Source: Epiperipatus broadwayi (lineage: Eukaryota; Animalia; Onychophora). From it: a stretch of 64,000 bases of DNA. The translations under genes were made by a program, and so were the position numbers. Below, one piece after another: positions 14,575 to 28,695 of this stretch (positions are counted from its first letter, which is position 1; the number at the start of each line of letters is the position of its first letter). The stretch spans positions 28,892,001 to 28,956,000 of the forward strand of contig JAQFVV010000002.1 of assembly GCA_028023455.1 (NCBI GenBank), written 5' to 3'. The notes beneath the pieces are model-generated. The model saw nothing but the letters and a program-made list of their open reading frames with translations, did not search any database and had not been told where the DNA came from.

Positions 14575-16440
14575 ATAAATAAGGACTACATACTGATAAA
14601 GAATTATTGGGTCATACAAGCAAAAATATGTCTTCTTAGATACTGTGCTTTCTACTCTGACTATATGCAAAAGTTTTTTTATAAGAATTTTTATCTTTTT
14701 TTATCTTGTAAATTTGTATTTTGATCAATTTTTATCTTGGCAGAAGAAATTGAAAATTTAATTATTTTAAACTGAAAATATGGCATTCAATGTGTGCATG
14801 AAAAATGTGACATCTGAGTGGTTTCCCCCCCTTCTGAGTGATGTTTGTTCAAGTTAGTCCATTTCTAAATTATGAAGTGACAGAAAAAAAATACTGATGA
14901 ATAATTTGAGGGGCCTCGGAATTCCTAAAATTTAAAAAAATCATTATTTGATTTACAAATAATGAAGAAAAATTTTAAAAACATATTTTTAATTTTAACT
15001 TGTAATTGAATTGAATTCATGAAAGCATGGATTAAGCCCTATGTACCACAATTCACATAATTAATTATATGCAAAACTATTTTAATATAAATATTGTTTT
15101 TCATTTTGTAAATTTATACTTCAATCAAATTTTGTTATCTTAACACCTTTTTCAAGCATTAGTAGCCAAGAGGTTAGCACAGCTGCCTTGCAAGCAGTTG
15201 CTTGCAGACAGTTGCTGCGGGTTCACTTCCCAGCCAATGCTTTGACATACGAAAAAAAAATAGGAAAATTATTTATTAAATTGGTTAAAAGTGAAAATAC
15301 GTATTCGGCATGTTACCTAAATTATTATTTTTAACGCTAAATTCCATTTCACTCCAGTGCTCCACCTATGTTTTAAGAATATTTTTGCACCCAGCACTTG
15401 TCTCTAGTCCAAATATTAAAGAAGTTACTAATTAGAATAAACTCGAAATATATAAGGAAAAAAATAATTGCCTAACCTAATATAATTTATTTATTTACTT
15501 TCTGAAAATATAAAAAATAAATGTATGACTGCAAACAAATTATTATTTATAGAGATAAATGACATACTTAAAATATTATTCTGGAATCCCATAGGACTTG
15601 TTGAGTAAAAAACCTGAACAGTCAAGTCTTTGGGGTTTTTTGTCCCAATGTATAGTAGAGTTGTAAAAATGGACCCACAATATGGCAAAAGATTTTAGCC
15701 CCAAATATGCAAAATACGATGTTGTAATGACATTTTTTTAACAAAAAATTATTTACAATTGTACAAAGGTAGTATATTTGGAATTTTTAATCTTTTCTTC
15801 ATTGTGATTTAAATCCCTTCCATAATTGGAATCTCTAAATATACCACCCGGATACTTTCATATTCAATCAATTTATAAAATGAGACAGAAAAGTCAATAT
15901 AGTATCTAAAAACAGTTGAGGAAAGAGATATATTATTACTTGCAATGTTAATAAAGCAAACTCTAAACAAATTACCATTATGATCAATGGAAAGATCTAA
16001 TGATTATACATCAGTGTTATATGTCATTAACTTTGGTACAACACAATATTCATAATGTTTATACAGAGGCCAGAATAATCAATAGTGATCATTTGATATT
16101 TAGTGGTTTAATTTATAAGGTTCCTATAATGAGTGAAGTGACTACATAATTATATAGAAAACTCACATGCTTCAGCTAGTATCAAGGTTATTATAGTACT
16201 TATAAAATTACATATGAATACTCTATGTTACAGTAAAAAATGACTGGTTTACTCTCTAAGCTGCCTGCAGTGCCATCTCTGAATCAATTCATGTGTGATA
16301 TAGTATCATGCGTAATATAGTAATATTGTTTTGCTATTCACATGAAACATTTTAAAATGTTAATATATCTGGATAATGGTGTATGTTATGAAATGTGACA
16401 GTGATCTATAGATAATCTTCTATTAACATAACTAGATCAT
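14575..16440. repeat. Segment S, collinear duplicate of 59400-64000
   Basis: 14575-15050 matches ~59400-59962 (gggtcatacaagcaaa.atatgtcttcttag). 15255-16440 matches ~62815-64000 (aaaaataggaaaattatttattaaattgg, cccataggacttgttg, aactctaaacaaattaccattatg). Confidence 0.85.
15152..15260 (+). mobile_element. tRNA-Gly-derived short SINE with poly(A)
   Basis: tcaagcattagtagccaagaggttagcacagctgcctt...gggttcacttcccagccaatgctttgacatacg(a)n; same family as 34684-34778. Confidence 0.75.
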
Positions 16441-16473
16441 GGGCTATGTTATGAAATTTGCCAGTGATGTCAT

Positions 16474-16630
16474 GTATAGATCATCTTCAATGCTCATTCT
16501 GTGAAAGCAAAATCTTGTGAACCAATTGAGAATATTTTTGTGACTAATGGCTTCACTGACATATCCAGTTTGAAGCATTCCAAATGTTTCAGTAGGAATG
16601 TTTCCCAATTTAAGACAAAGTTACATGCTA
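16474..16630 (-). pseudogene. Mariner transposase N-terminal HTH fragment
   Basis: LCLKLGNIPTETFGMLQTGYVSEAISHKNILNWFTRF...SIEDD resembles the mariner FCVKLGKxxTETFxML...WFxRF..GRESIEDD. Confidence 0.75.
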
Positions 16631-18931
16631 GCATATTATTATTTTGTGGGTTAACATTTGAAATACACAGTCACGTTACCTGTTAAATCTCATGATGGAC
16701 ACACTCCAGCACTTTAAAATGCTACTCATGAATAATTAATTATACTACATCACTACATATGCATTGAGTCAGAGAAGGTGCAGCAGACACTTGGAAAGAG
16801 AACCAGACATTTTTCCATTACCACCCCAGGGCATATAATGTGTAAAATTCTGATTCATTATTTGAGGGCTATACGAACAAAAATGAACATAATGAAACTA
16901 AAAATCCATGTTTTTACTATATTTCTAATATGTCATAATTAATACTAATGAATAAAAAACTACTGTTTTTTCCTTTTAAAGTTTTCCTCTTTTAATGACT
17001 TTGTGTTAGTTTTTGAAAGCTTTTCTTTAATTTTGAAAATGGTTACTTCCCCCATTCTTCAACTTCTAAGGAAGTATCAGAGATCTTCTACTAACATGAA
17101 GTTTTAACAGTTTCTGGTTAAAAATATAACTTGACAGATCACAGCTATTTCATTAGTGAATGGAAGTAATGATGATATCTCTAAGAATTGATTATTGTCA
17201 TCCACTTGTAATTGAGTATGATCATTCCAACCCAAAATACAAACTAATCTATAGACGTGTTTTGTGATGACTGTGCAAACCAATCATTGAAACACAAATA
17301 TATCCATGTACAGAAGATGTGGCTTCATTATTCAGTTTGATATTTTACAATAATGACTGCGAATTTCCTCTGAAAAAAACTTTTTTTTCTGGAATAATTC
17401 AATGTCATGTCTAATTGTCATTTTCAATGAATGCAAATCTCTGCCATATCTTCCCAATGGAAAAAAATCAACATTGCGCCTCTTTAGAATGACTTTAAAA
17501 TAAAAATGGGAGCTTTCTTTCCCTCATTAAAACAGGCAAAACTCACTATACATTGTAACGTCTACTGCTCCATTAGGGTTTTTACGAATTAACTACCCAT
17601 ACTGGGTGACCAAATTATGTCCTATCTATTAAATTTGTTTTGTCAGACAATTCAATAAGATTTAATGGACGCAATTATTTTTCCTGGTCACACAACACCC
17701 TTTTAACTAATGTAACTACTAAAATAATGGGATTAAGTAAGCCAGCTTTTAATTTATGCGAGGATTCGGTATCGGAATCCACTGGCTAAACACCTTTTAT
17801 TTCTTTAGTTATGACAAAATTATCTAGAAACTCCGGAGGATTGAGTTTCAGTACAGCATTGGCAAAGGTAAATCAAATCTCAATAATTAACATTAATAAA
17901 TTTATTAATAATCACTAATAATGCACAATGAATAGTTGTTATTAGAAATAAATATTTTTATTCTAACAAATTAAAATATAAAAATAAAAAAAAAAACACA
18001 TTATGAATTAATTAATTGGAAAGATGACACGCACGCTAATCCAGATCTGAATCAATTAATAAAAAAAAAAGTTCAACAATTATAGTTCTTAAATAAACAA
18101 GAGTCTCTTGAAGAATAAAAATTTAAAGTCTTTATCAGGATTATTTTGATCTCGTTTTTAAGAATTGTTTGCAAACTTTGTCACAATCGGGAAAAATTAC
18201 TCTTAACTTACCGGTAAGTTGGTGTAGGTTTATGGGGTCTCGAGCTCAAAAGAATTTCCATTGGTCTCTCCTGCCGGTGTCTTCCATTATTGTTCCATTC
18301 TATAGCTGGAGAAAAAGCATGGTTGTAGTCACCCTTTCATAGCAAAAAGGGGTCTTCACAAGGCCCAATTCCATGCTTGCATGACAGCTTGGCACAGCAA
18401 GTGGCGTACCTGTGCAGAAGTATATTACTGCCACAGGTTATGCTCATAGAAACCTCCAACTCAGACACATAACTAGAAGGTAAAGAAAAGACCTAGATCA
18501 ATGTTGTTCTCCTCTTTTTATACCTTGATCCAGTTTTTGAAACTTCTGCACATCCTTTTGTCCTTTTATCAGCATATAAGATAATAATCTTGTACACTGT
18601 CTCTTAAATTTAAATTACAAAGTCCTCCTTTCACAAAGTCCCTCTGCCATATTTAATTAGCTAAAATATTTTTCTTTTAGCTTATCTGGATTAGTAATTT
18701 GTGTGTCTTTTGTTCTTTCCAATTTTTACCTTAATTTTTAATTAGATACAAAAAAAATATGGACGAAAATTTTACTTTCATTGTACGTTTTAAAAAAAAT
18801 AGATTATACAAACGAAAAATTTAATTGCATCTTTTTAGTAAGAATGCTAAATTTACTTTTTCTTTTTTTTCTTAGCTTTTAAATATCTTACCGGATGCCA
18901 ATATATTTGTACCATATAAATAAATGGTAAA

Positions 18932-19472
18932 ACGTATTGCCACACACAGCAAACTCATCCAATATCCCCAGACTAGTTTCTGGTTTGTGGGTTTCATCAG
19001 TGAAGAGCCTTGGATCCGAGAGCACTGCACCTAGATCTTACGATCTAATGCAACACTCCCGCAGCCACCTTTTATGTCCACTTAACTACAAAACTACGAG
19101 TCTTAAATTGAAAACACCTATATGACTACATAATCTGATGAGCTTGGATTGAAAATATTAAGGTGTTTTTAATTTAAGACTCATAGTTTTGTATTAAGTG
19201 GAGATAAAAGGTGGTTGCTGGCGGGTTGCATTAGATCCTAAGATCTAGGTGCAGTGCTCTCAGATCCAAGGCTCCTCGTGACGAAGGCCACAAGCCAGAA
19301 ACTAGTCTGGAGATATTGGATGAGTAGGCACTAGATGGGGATTTTATGCACAAGCCTTCTGGCATCCATTGATTACTCTAGCTTGCTGTGTGTGGCAATA
19401 CGTATAGTCAGTTTTGCGTGTTTTAATAACAGTTATAAGCAAGCATAAGAAATGGTGATCATGTGATGTTTG
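18932..19472. repeat. Family-U palindrome (fold-back element derivative)
   Basis: Arms gagcactgcacctagatctt / aagatctaggtgcagtgctc and acgtattgccacacacagcaa / ttgctgtgtgtggcaatacgt, with centre near 19120-19165. Confidence 0.9.
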
Positions 19473-19726
19473 TTAGCTTTCTTTCCCATGAGACCTATGA
19501 AACTGACTATAATTACTCACTGATGTACCAACCTCCTGTCCTACAAGACAGCATGGGGTGTTGTCAGTTATCAATGGCAGTTTATATATAAATAATCTAA
19601 TATGGCAGCATTTCCCTGGGGAAAAGGAATAAATACATTTTCTTTCTGTATACAAATAATAACAATACATAGAATATTGTATAAATGCAATACAACATGT
19701 TGAAAGATGTAACTTATGTCTGACTG

Positions 19727-20035
19727 TAATAAAAGTATCAAGTTCTCAATACAGTAATGCCACCAAGTGCAAGCTTTTGTAATCAATGGATGCAGGAAGG
19801 CCTTGTGCATAAATTTTTTATCTAGTGCCTACTCATCCAATATCCACATACCAGTTTCTAGCTAATGGCTTTCATCAGTGCAGAGCCTTGGATTTGAGAG
19901 CACTGCATGCAGATATTAGGATGCTGAATGTGTAGGCACTAGATCAGGATTATACGCATAAGCCTTCCTGCATCCATTAATTATGAAAGCTTGCACTTGG
20001 TGGCACTACTGTATGGAGAGTTTGGTACTCTTATA
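19727..20035. repeat. Family-U hairpin in unit 1 (~115-bp arms)
   Basis: gccaccaagtgcaagcttt...atctagtgcctac / gtaggcactagat...aaagcttgcacttggtggc. Confidence 0.9.
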
Positions 20036-20149
20036 AACAATATGTGTAAGCATATAAAATGGTGGATCGTGTTATGTCTGACCGATTGAATAATTAATAA
20101 TTGAAATTTTTCAATTAAAATTATGCAACAATTGTTCTGCATTGTAATG

Positions 20150-21010
20150 AAGTGTTGGAGTCATCAGATCCAATCAGTTGAACCTAAATGTGCCATAACT
20201 CACTTATCCTTCTCAGTGCACATAACAAATGATGTCACTACTGTTTAATTGTATGCTTACCTGCATTATTCTTGTAGGATTAGAAATTTATACTATCAGC
20301 ATGTATTCATGATGGCAATGACATATTTTTTGTATATCTTATTTTATTCTGTAAAATAAAATAAACTAATTACAAAAAATGAATTTGTTTTCTTATTTCC
20401 ATATGCCACGTGCACACTTAAAACTATCAATGGCCACCAACGCTGGATAGACAGAGTTAATCTAATAAACAAAATTAATCTTAACATCTGAAGATCATTA
20501 TGAAAAATTTGGGATAATTATAAGAACAACTAATGATATTTGGCATACATAAAGCAGAAAGAGAAGAAAATGATGCTGAGAAAGTTGATTTCTGAATAAT
20601 TTATACATGGTTTCAGAGCCTCTGCATAAGAAAAAGAGAGATTAAATACAATGTCTTCATGTGGAACATCTTTTACATATGATAACCTGATTTATAATCT
20701 GTCCAACAATTTTTGCTTACAAGTACTAATGGAAAATGGGCTTCTATTATGACTTATAAATATAATGTAATCAATTAAATGGTATTGTTTTCAACATGGC
20801 AGAATTTATAGTTTTTTATAGTGACTTTTCTGCTCAAGTATAGTCTTTGTAATAATCATTCCATCCGTTGTGCAAAAATCGAATAACAACAGATCACATG
20901 AATTTATAGTATCAATATATGTATTTCCAACAAATTTTAGCAAATGTCTTCAATTTGAATCAATATGAGCATTAAAGTCTCCAAGAAAGAAAATTTAATA
21001 TTTTAAAGAT
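20150..21010 (-). pseudogene. Decayed RTE endonuclease/linker fragment in unit 1
   Basis: Homologous to 30950-31810; lacks the ~600-bp N-terminal part retained in units 2-4. Confidence 0.55.
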
Positions 21011-23143
21011 ATTACTTAAAAAATAACTGAAAAAAGGAATTTGATTCAGAAATGCTGAATAAGTACTTAAATGTAAAATGTGGCTGAAATACGCAATCTA
21101 GAAAAGATTACCAATGCCATGAAAGATTCGTAATGATATGATAAATAAAATATCAATAACGCGTGAACTATTATTCTTATTCTTTAAGTCAGCACAAAAT
21201 CCTTTTTCTCAGCACTATCGTTTTCTACACACGGACTTCGGCACCAATCTCCCCCCCCCCCTCCCTCAACGAAAAAACAAAACAAAATCCATTTCTGTTC
21301 ATAAATAACAATGCTACCTACTAGCTTATATGAATTCAGTGCAAGTTCAAGGCTACGTCTATATATATGGCATATTGAGAGCTGGTCAAATATATTGACC
21401 AAAAGGAAAGCAAACAACTGCATAAAAAAATAATTGGTATCTATTTATACCGATTTTATTGTGGAATTGTAGGTTCGGAAACTTATTACTTAACAATTAT
21501 ATAAGTTTAGAATGAATTAAAGTGTCTTCAAGAAAATCCCTTTAAAACTCTAAATTTAATAATTAATCTCAAAAGATAAATACTATTGTTTTAAAACATG
21601 TTTTACATTGATTGAAAACGTGGAAATTTTTACCTACCTTCCAATGACATTTAAACAATAAAAACGGGGGCAGCACCGATCAAAAATTGCAAGCCATGTT
21701 AATTGCCGTATATTTTGTATAACGGTTTTATTAAAGTTACTTTGTGGTATGAGTAAAGAAATAGATAATAAATAAATGGATAGATCTAGGCCATAGGTTT
21801 CGGTGAAGGGGAGAAGATTATTCAATAATCAAAAATTTGATATGGAATTTGAATTTTAAAACATTAAAAAATATCTACTCATTTTTATATAACTAGACAT
21901 GCTGAAGTAGAAAATAGATACTATATACTAAAGTAGAAATAAAAAATGCAACATTGAATGTGTATATTAAAGTATATAAAATATTATTTTAGAAATGTAT
22001 ACTTTTTATTAAGGATAATACTGTTTGCAGCAAATAGTTTTTTTAGAAAGATTTATTAATATGTGAAATAATTAAACGCTCAAGTCTTTCTATAAATTAA
22101 AAATTGGAATGGGCCATTGAATACACGCACATTGTAAAAGGTCACAAATAATTTCTTTACTAACATCTAATTCCATTTCGATTTTATACAGAGTAAAACT
22201 AATAATTTAAATTCTTTTTCTCATATAGTATAACAAAATTATAGTTACTCAAGCTACCAAAGAGCTCTGAGGATCGTCCGTAGCAGAATCTCCTTTGGAT
22301 ATGAGGATTAACAGTGAATAACAAAAACTGCACAGGCAAAACTATCTTCTGCAGCTAGATATAGATTTCAATATGTAACAATTTTTTGGCTCTTGTATTT
22401 CCTTCTTACCCATGTAAATTAGTGTAGACCTGGCCATCACAGTCATCTCATATCATTGATCTTGTCTCTATACTAATTGTGATATTGAGATTAAGTGTAT
22501 ATACAATGGCATTTCCATACTTTAACTACACACACATTAACTCCTTTCCCAATGCCCTTCTTATTTTTTGTTTGTTTACATCAAGTTCTCCTCTTGATAT
22601 GAAAAGTAGTGATGAAGATAGATATAAACTGGCTGTCCTTAATTATGACCTTTGCTCATGTTCTCATCAATTGGAAAGTAGTGATGAAGACAGATATCAT
22701 AAACTGGCTGTCCTTAGTTATGACCTTTGCTCAAGACAATCACTGATCTGTTGGTCTTGGATTTAAGATTTAGCCAACGCTATTTAGAGATTCCCCTGCA
22801 TAATACAGAAGTAGGACAGACCTAAAAAATATTTCTAAAAATTACCAATTTCCCATAGTTGGACTAAGTTTTCATATCTGGTGATTCACTCATAAAAGTG
22901 ATAAAAACAATAGTACTATCAGTAGAAGTGGAAAAGTAGGAGAAGTTTTTAATAAATATTGGAAGGCTATATTTTTTTTCAAAATGCAATCATAAGGAAC
23001 CTGCAAACATTATGTGATGTACATTTTTCATGACCAGAATGTAAGACAATGCTGTTGACTAGGAAATTAATAAAAATTAAGGTTGATGCAGTTGCACTTA
23101 GGAACAATTAAAATTCGGGAATTGGAAGTTTATTAAAGCTGTT

Positions 23144-23755
23144 TGCTATATCTGGGAGTGATTTATATGCTACCAAACACCTATAGGCTTATATAAACTT
23201 CCCCTACTAACAATAATAATATTACAGAAACCTAAGATTATGATTTAATAGATTAATAATACAACCCAACCATCATAAGAATTATAATTACACATATATA
23301 CATATTAACAATTAAATGTAATTACAATTTGAACTCAAACTTTCAAGCTGAATTCAAAACCATTCTAATTACTTTAAATTCAGTATAGAGAATATAATTG
23401 TAATGAATTATTAACAATTTACACAAAGTCTAGATATTTACATAGGTCTATTTGCAAATTTAGTTATCAAGGACAACACATGAGGACAACGAGCATCATT
23501 ATTGTTGCAAGTAAATCTACATGCTTGTAACTTCCACAAGCAAGGGTTCTTTGGTTCTTTTCTAGATCAATCCTTTAGAACTCCTAACCTAATTGATCAG
23601 CATATTTAGATCCTGCTGGCATAGTCTAATGTTATTTATTTGTAGATATATCGTGTAAATAGTAATTTCTTTTTTTAATTGTCACTAATAGATTAGATTA
23701 TTTTCTGATGGATGTTTGTTATATCTTTTGCCTGTTAGGGATTTAATTAAGATTC
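23144..23755 (-). repeat. Truncated copy of the Gypsy A LTR within unit 1
   Basis: tgctatatctgggagtg...atcctgctggcat.gtctaatg matches 975-1670, followed by A-internal sequence (atcatgaagataac). Confidence 0.8.
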
Positions 23756-24850
23756 AGAATAAAATCATGAAGATAACTCTGTTTTTTTATTTTGCTTGTA
23801 ACCCAATCAAGAGGTGGATTAACATTTATGTCAGCTCCTTTTGTGTTAATCTCTTCTGCTACACATTCTTGTTTTCCTCATTAAGATAGGTCATCTGGTG
23901 ATCTTGTTTAGATTCCTCAAATTGATATTCCACATCACAATCAGTTTCAATGAAAAGAATGTTCATTCTCCTCCGTTTGCAATTGATTAATGTGTTTTTG
24001 TATTAGTTTGCCTTCATTTGTACTTCATCTATTTTCTGCATCAGCCGATTTCTTTATTTACTGATCCAATACTTTTCTATATTTACTGATGAAATAATTT
24101 AGTTTACTTTAAACTTTTTCTATAATTTCTAAATTATATACATTTAAATTTCCTTTATAGTTTACAATTTATTTTAATATTATATACACACATATATTAT
24201 TAATTATTTATTTTAATATCCATTCACTGTGGTTGGCTTTACAGTCTGCGGTTAAATAAACAGGGAATAGTGAAGTACCCATGACGGTCTGATATCAATT
24301 GAGTCTTACCGTATCTGCACTACACGGCGCCACCAGGCATTTGAACCTGGAAAATTTATAGAGTAGGCAGATACGTAAGTTAAGAAAAAATTTTATTTTA
24401 CATTTAGACCGTTAGCCCCAATCACTAGCTCAGTGGAGATGCAGAGATAATATATATATCTTTATTTAATCTCTATCTTAAATATATAAAAAAATAAAAG
24501 CCACTGCCAGTAAATAATACACAAACATTTATTAACGCACATATATAATATTTAAAATTTGAGGAATAACATTTATTATTTTAGACTTTAATATTAACTT
24601 TTAATTTAAATTATTATTTTAAAATTTTAAACCATCCTCACATATGAATTTAATAATCTTTTTTTTTAAGAGTGTTGAGTATGAATAAACTACATAGATT
24701 ACATTTGAAAAGAAAATATTCTATCCCTTATTTAACCTTAAGCCAAAAGTTCGCAGTCAAACCAACGTCAATCCATCTGATACATCGATGTAGTCAATGC
24801 AACATGAATATGACAGCACAAAATACCATACTGTCAGGAATTTACATCTG

Positions 24851-24908
24851 AACAGCATGGTTAGAGCAAACAGCATGGTTAGAGCAAACAGCATGGTTAG
24901 AGCAAACA
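24851..24908. repeat. 18-bp minisatellite x3
   Basis: cagcatggttagagcaaa, three perfect copies. Confidence 0.95.
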
Positions 24909-26620
24909 TTGACTCTCATCCAGACAGGAATGCTACATTTGTCTGGCAAGAAGAACAATAATAAAAAAAAAATCCATAAGAAGGGACTGCATTTTCCATC
25001 TTACTATTTCCTTCCATAGGCAAAAAGGGGGTGTGCGGCATAAAATGCGATCCTGCATGTGGCAGACCTCATACTACATTTACTAATTACACCGATGTAT
25101 CCAATCCATTGACTCAATCCAACTAAGAAACAAATAACCTAAGATTAACCCTCCCTTAATTAATTAATATAACTTTACAAATCTATATAGCCATTCATGC
25201 CAAATTAATTTTAACATTTATATAATTTCGCACAGATTAATTTTATAAAGTTTTTTTTTTTATGTTGAGTATAGATCAGCTACTTAGATCACATGGTCAA
25301 AAACATTTCAAAATAAACATAAATGATCAAAATATAAAGTATCCGAATAAATACATTTTAGATACTCAAAGTAAGGTATCATTATTTACCGAATGTCTAT
25401 ATATTTTAATCAAATATGAAAACAAAAACATAATTAAACGTTAACGAATCTATGCAAGCATCTATACCCAACTTAAATTTAATGCATTTAAATAATTTAT
25501 GCAATAAATATTAATAATAAAAAAATGGAAATGATTTTTAGCAAACTCAAATGTATAAAAATTAAACATTAATAATTAATCTGGAAACTTAAAAGTCAGA
25601 TAAAAGTTCATTTTAAAATGTAGGTTTAGCTTGTCAAATCTTTAAAGTTTTTAATTACTTGTTGTAAAAATTTTCCATTTATATCTTACAGTAGAAGAGC
25701 TCCCGGTTCCTGGTGTCAATTCCCACAAGGTCTTTATTTGAAGACCAGTCTATCTGAAGGTGGCCTTAGCTGATTCAATCCTGATATTACAGTCATTTCA
25801 TTTGAAATAATTGAGAGAGAGAGAGAGAGAGAGTGACAAGTGCGTCTTATCACCCTTCTCACAAAATCAAGCTGGAACTGTTCTTAATTTCAGTATTTTT
25901 TCTTTTATACTGATTGTCCGGATTCACTGAACAATGGTTTCCTGTTCCAATTTTTCCTTATGGTCTGAGCCTTCATTGCTGCTTCTATTGGACATCTAAT
26001 TTATTTTTGTTCTCTTATCTATATTTCATCTGACTTTTTTATATAAGACCCCCAAGGGCTAGCTTGCTTTTCAATAATTAATAAACACATCATTTCCATT
26101 TACAAAAATATTTTATCTTTAGATCTTGTACTTTTTTTTATTCAAATTTTTTTTTTATTTTTTTTATAAGGAAAATAATTTTTAAAGTTTTGCATCTGTG
26201 CGAATATATATATGTACATTGAACAATTCTTTAATTTTAGCTTTTAGTTTTTTTATTTATGAACTTAAAACCGTTTTTATTCTAATTTTAAATTAATGTA
26301 ACGGCATATACCGTTACAATATATTGTAGGAGATGGCTTACAACCAACCATCACACCAATTCCAGTTTTTTCACAATGTTTGAATTCAAACAAAGTGGTA
26401 GGCAAGTAAAATATCCTACATACCTGCTTATACTCATGAAGTAATTACGTATATAAACATACATATAAACTAATATGTTTGTCTATTTGTAGAAATTAAC
26501 TTTTTTTTCTTCATTTAATATTATTAACTAAAATAATAATTAATTGACTTATAAGACAGACATGACAAAAATCAAAATAGATGAGGTCAAAATAGTTGCT
26601 AGGTGATCGAGTTTGGAATA

Positions 26621-27356
<736 letters not shown>

Positions 27357-28695
27357 TATATATATAAATATTTTTTTGGTTAGTTTGTAATAATATATTT
27401 TAGCTAGCATGAGAAAAACAATCTAGCATTTTCTTCACTTGTTGGCTAACGGCAGAATAATCAGCACATAAAATATAGTCTTTTATTTATTTAATTTTTA
27501 AAAGAAGAAAATGTTCAGCATTTAAAAATGAAAGGAATCAGTAAGAATATGTATTTTAAAATATAATGTCAATATTTTAAAATTAATACAAAATCTTTAT
27601 AATTTGGATAGAAAGAAACTGGAAATTTAAACTTCAATTTATAATTAGCAGGAATGATCTAATGACTTAATTTATTCTGCAAGTTTGAATTCGTTATTAT
27701 GAAAATAATGGAAACGTAATGTGAAACTACTAGAAATTGACTGTTTCTTTCAGCTATATTTATATATATTGAAGCTGGAATAAATAATAGTCAATAATAA
27801 AGAAATCATTACAATGTGTGTGGGGTAAAAAACAATACCGGTTCGTGTTCCAAAGCTATCTTCGATGTCATTATTAAAATATCCATCAAAATGTCTATTT
27901 TAAAAAACCCTGGTGAACATGAATCTTCATTGGATTTATATACATTCAGAAGAGATAATTTGTATGTGTTTGTTTTAACCAAACAACATGAAATATATAA
28001 ATATCAACAGAGTTGGTGATTGAGAACATTATGCATGGAAATGGACATTTAAGTTTATAAACTCTTAACTGTGGACAGAATGCTTGCTTTCCTCAGGATA
28101 AATATATATATTTTGATTCACGTGATTTTTTTTTAATTATTATTTCTATTTGAAAGTACATGTATTGTAATTTTTTTTTATTGTGTATTCAAGATTCATT
28201 TTCAAATTCGATCCCTTGTATTTTAAAAGTGGGAGCAGTGAATGGATATGTATCATATGTTGATGTATTTTAAAAAGGGATCATAGTCAATAAATATGTA
28301 TAGTTATTAATAAAAGTAAATTTATAGATCTCTCTGGAAATTCAACACTGATCCATCAAGGTGATCTCAAGTAAGGTTTTTATATAATTAACATTAAGTG
28401 CAAACTCTTGGACAAACAATGCTATATTATTTACTAATAAGTTTTAATAATATTTACTTGTAATTGTTTATTTCTGAGTGCACAATTAATTCACTTAAGT
28501 AAATGGTCTTTTTCTTATCTTTCATTAATTTTTACTATGACTTACATACATATATAGATGGGAGTGGGACTATATTTTTTTTTTAAAAAAAATAATTATA
28601 AATATATTTACCCCAACCTATAAACATCATTCTAGTAATTATATTAATGGGGTGGATTTAAAATTACTGAATTTTCATTTTGCTTTTATATATAT

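Larger units (their letters stand above)
19517..24275. repeat. Tandem unit 1 (~4.76 kb)
   Basis: Starts tcactgatgtaccaac..ctgtcctacaagacagc; collinear with 30298-35075, 35108-45015 and 45017-47995. Confidence 0.92.

Noticed and set aside
17040-17880. Possible decayed coding segment (e.g. SIRFNGRNYFSW, loosely like C-type lectin; APLGFL, loosely like carboxylesterase)
   Set aside because: All frames have many stops and the motif spacing does not fit either family.
24851-24908. CRISPR-like repeat
   Set aside because: Head-to-tail 18-mers with no spacers, no cas genes, eukaryotic context.
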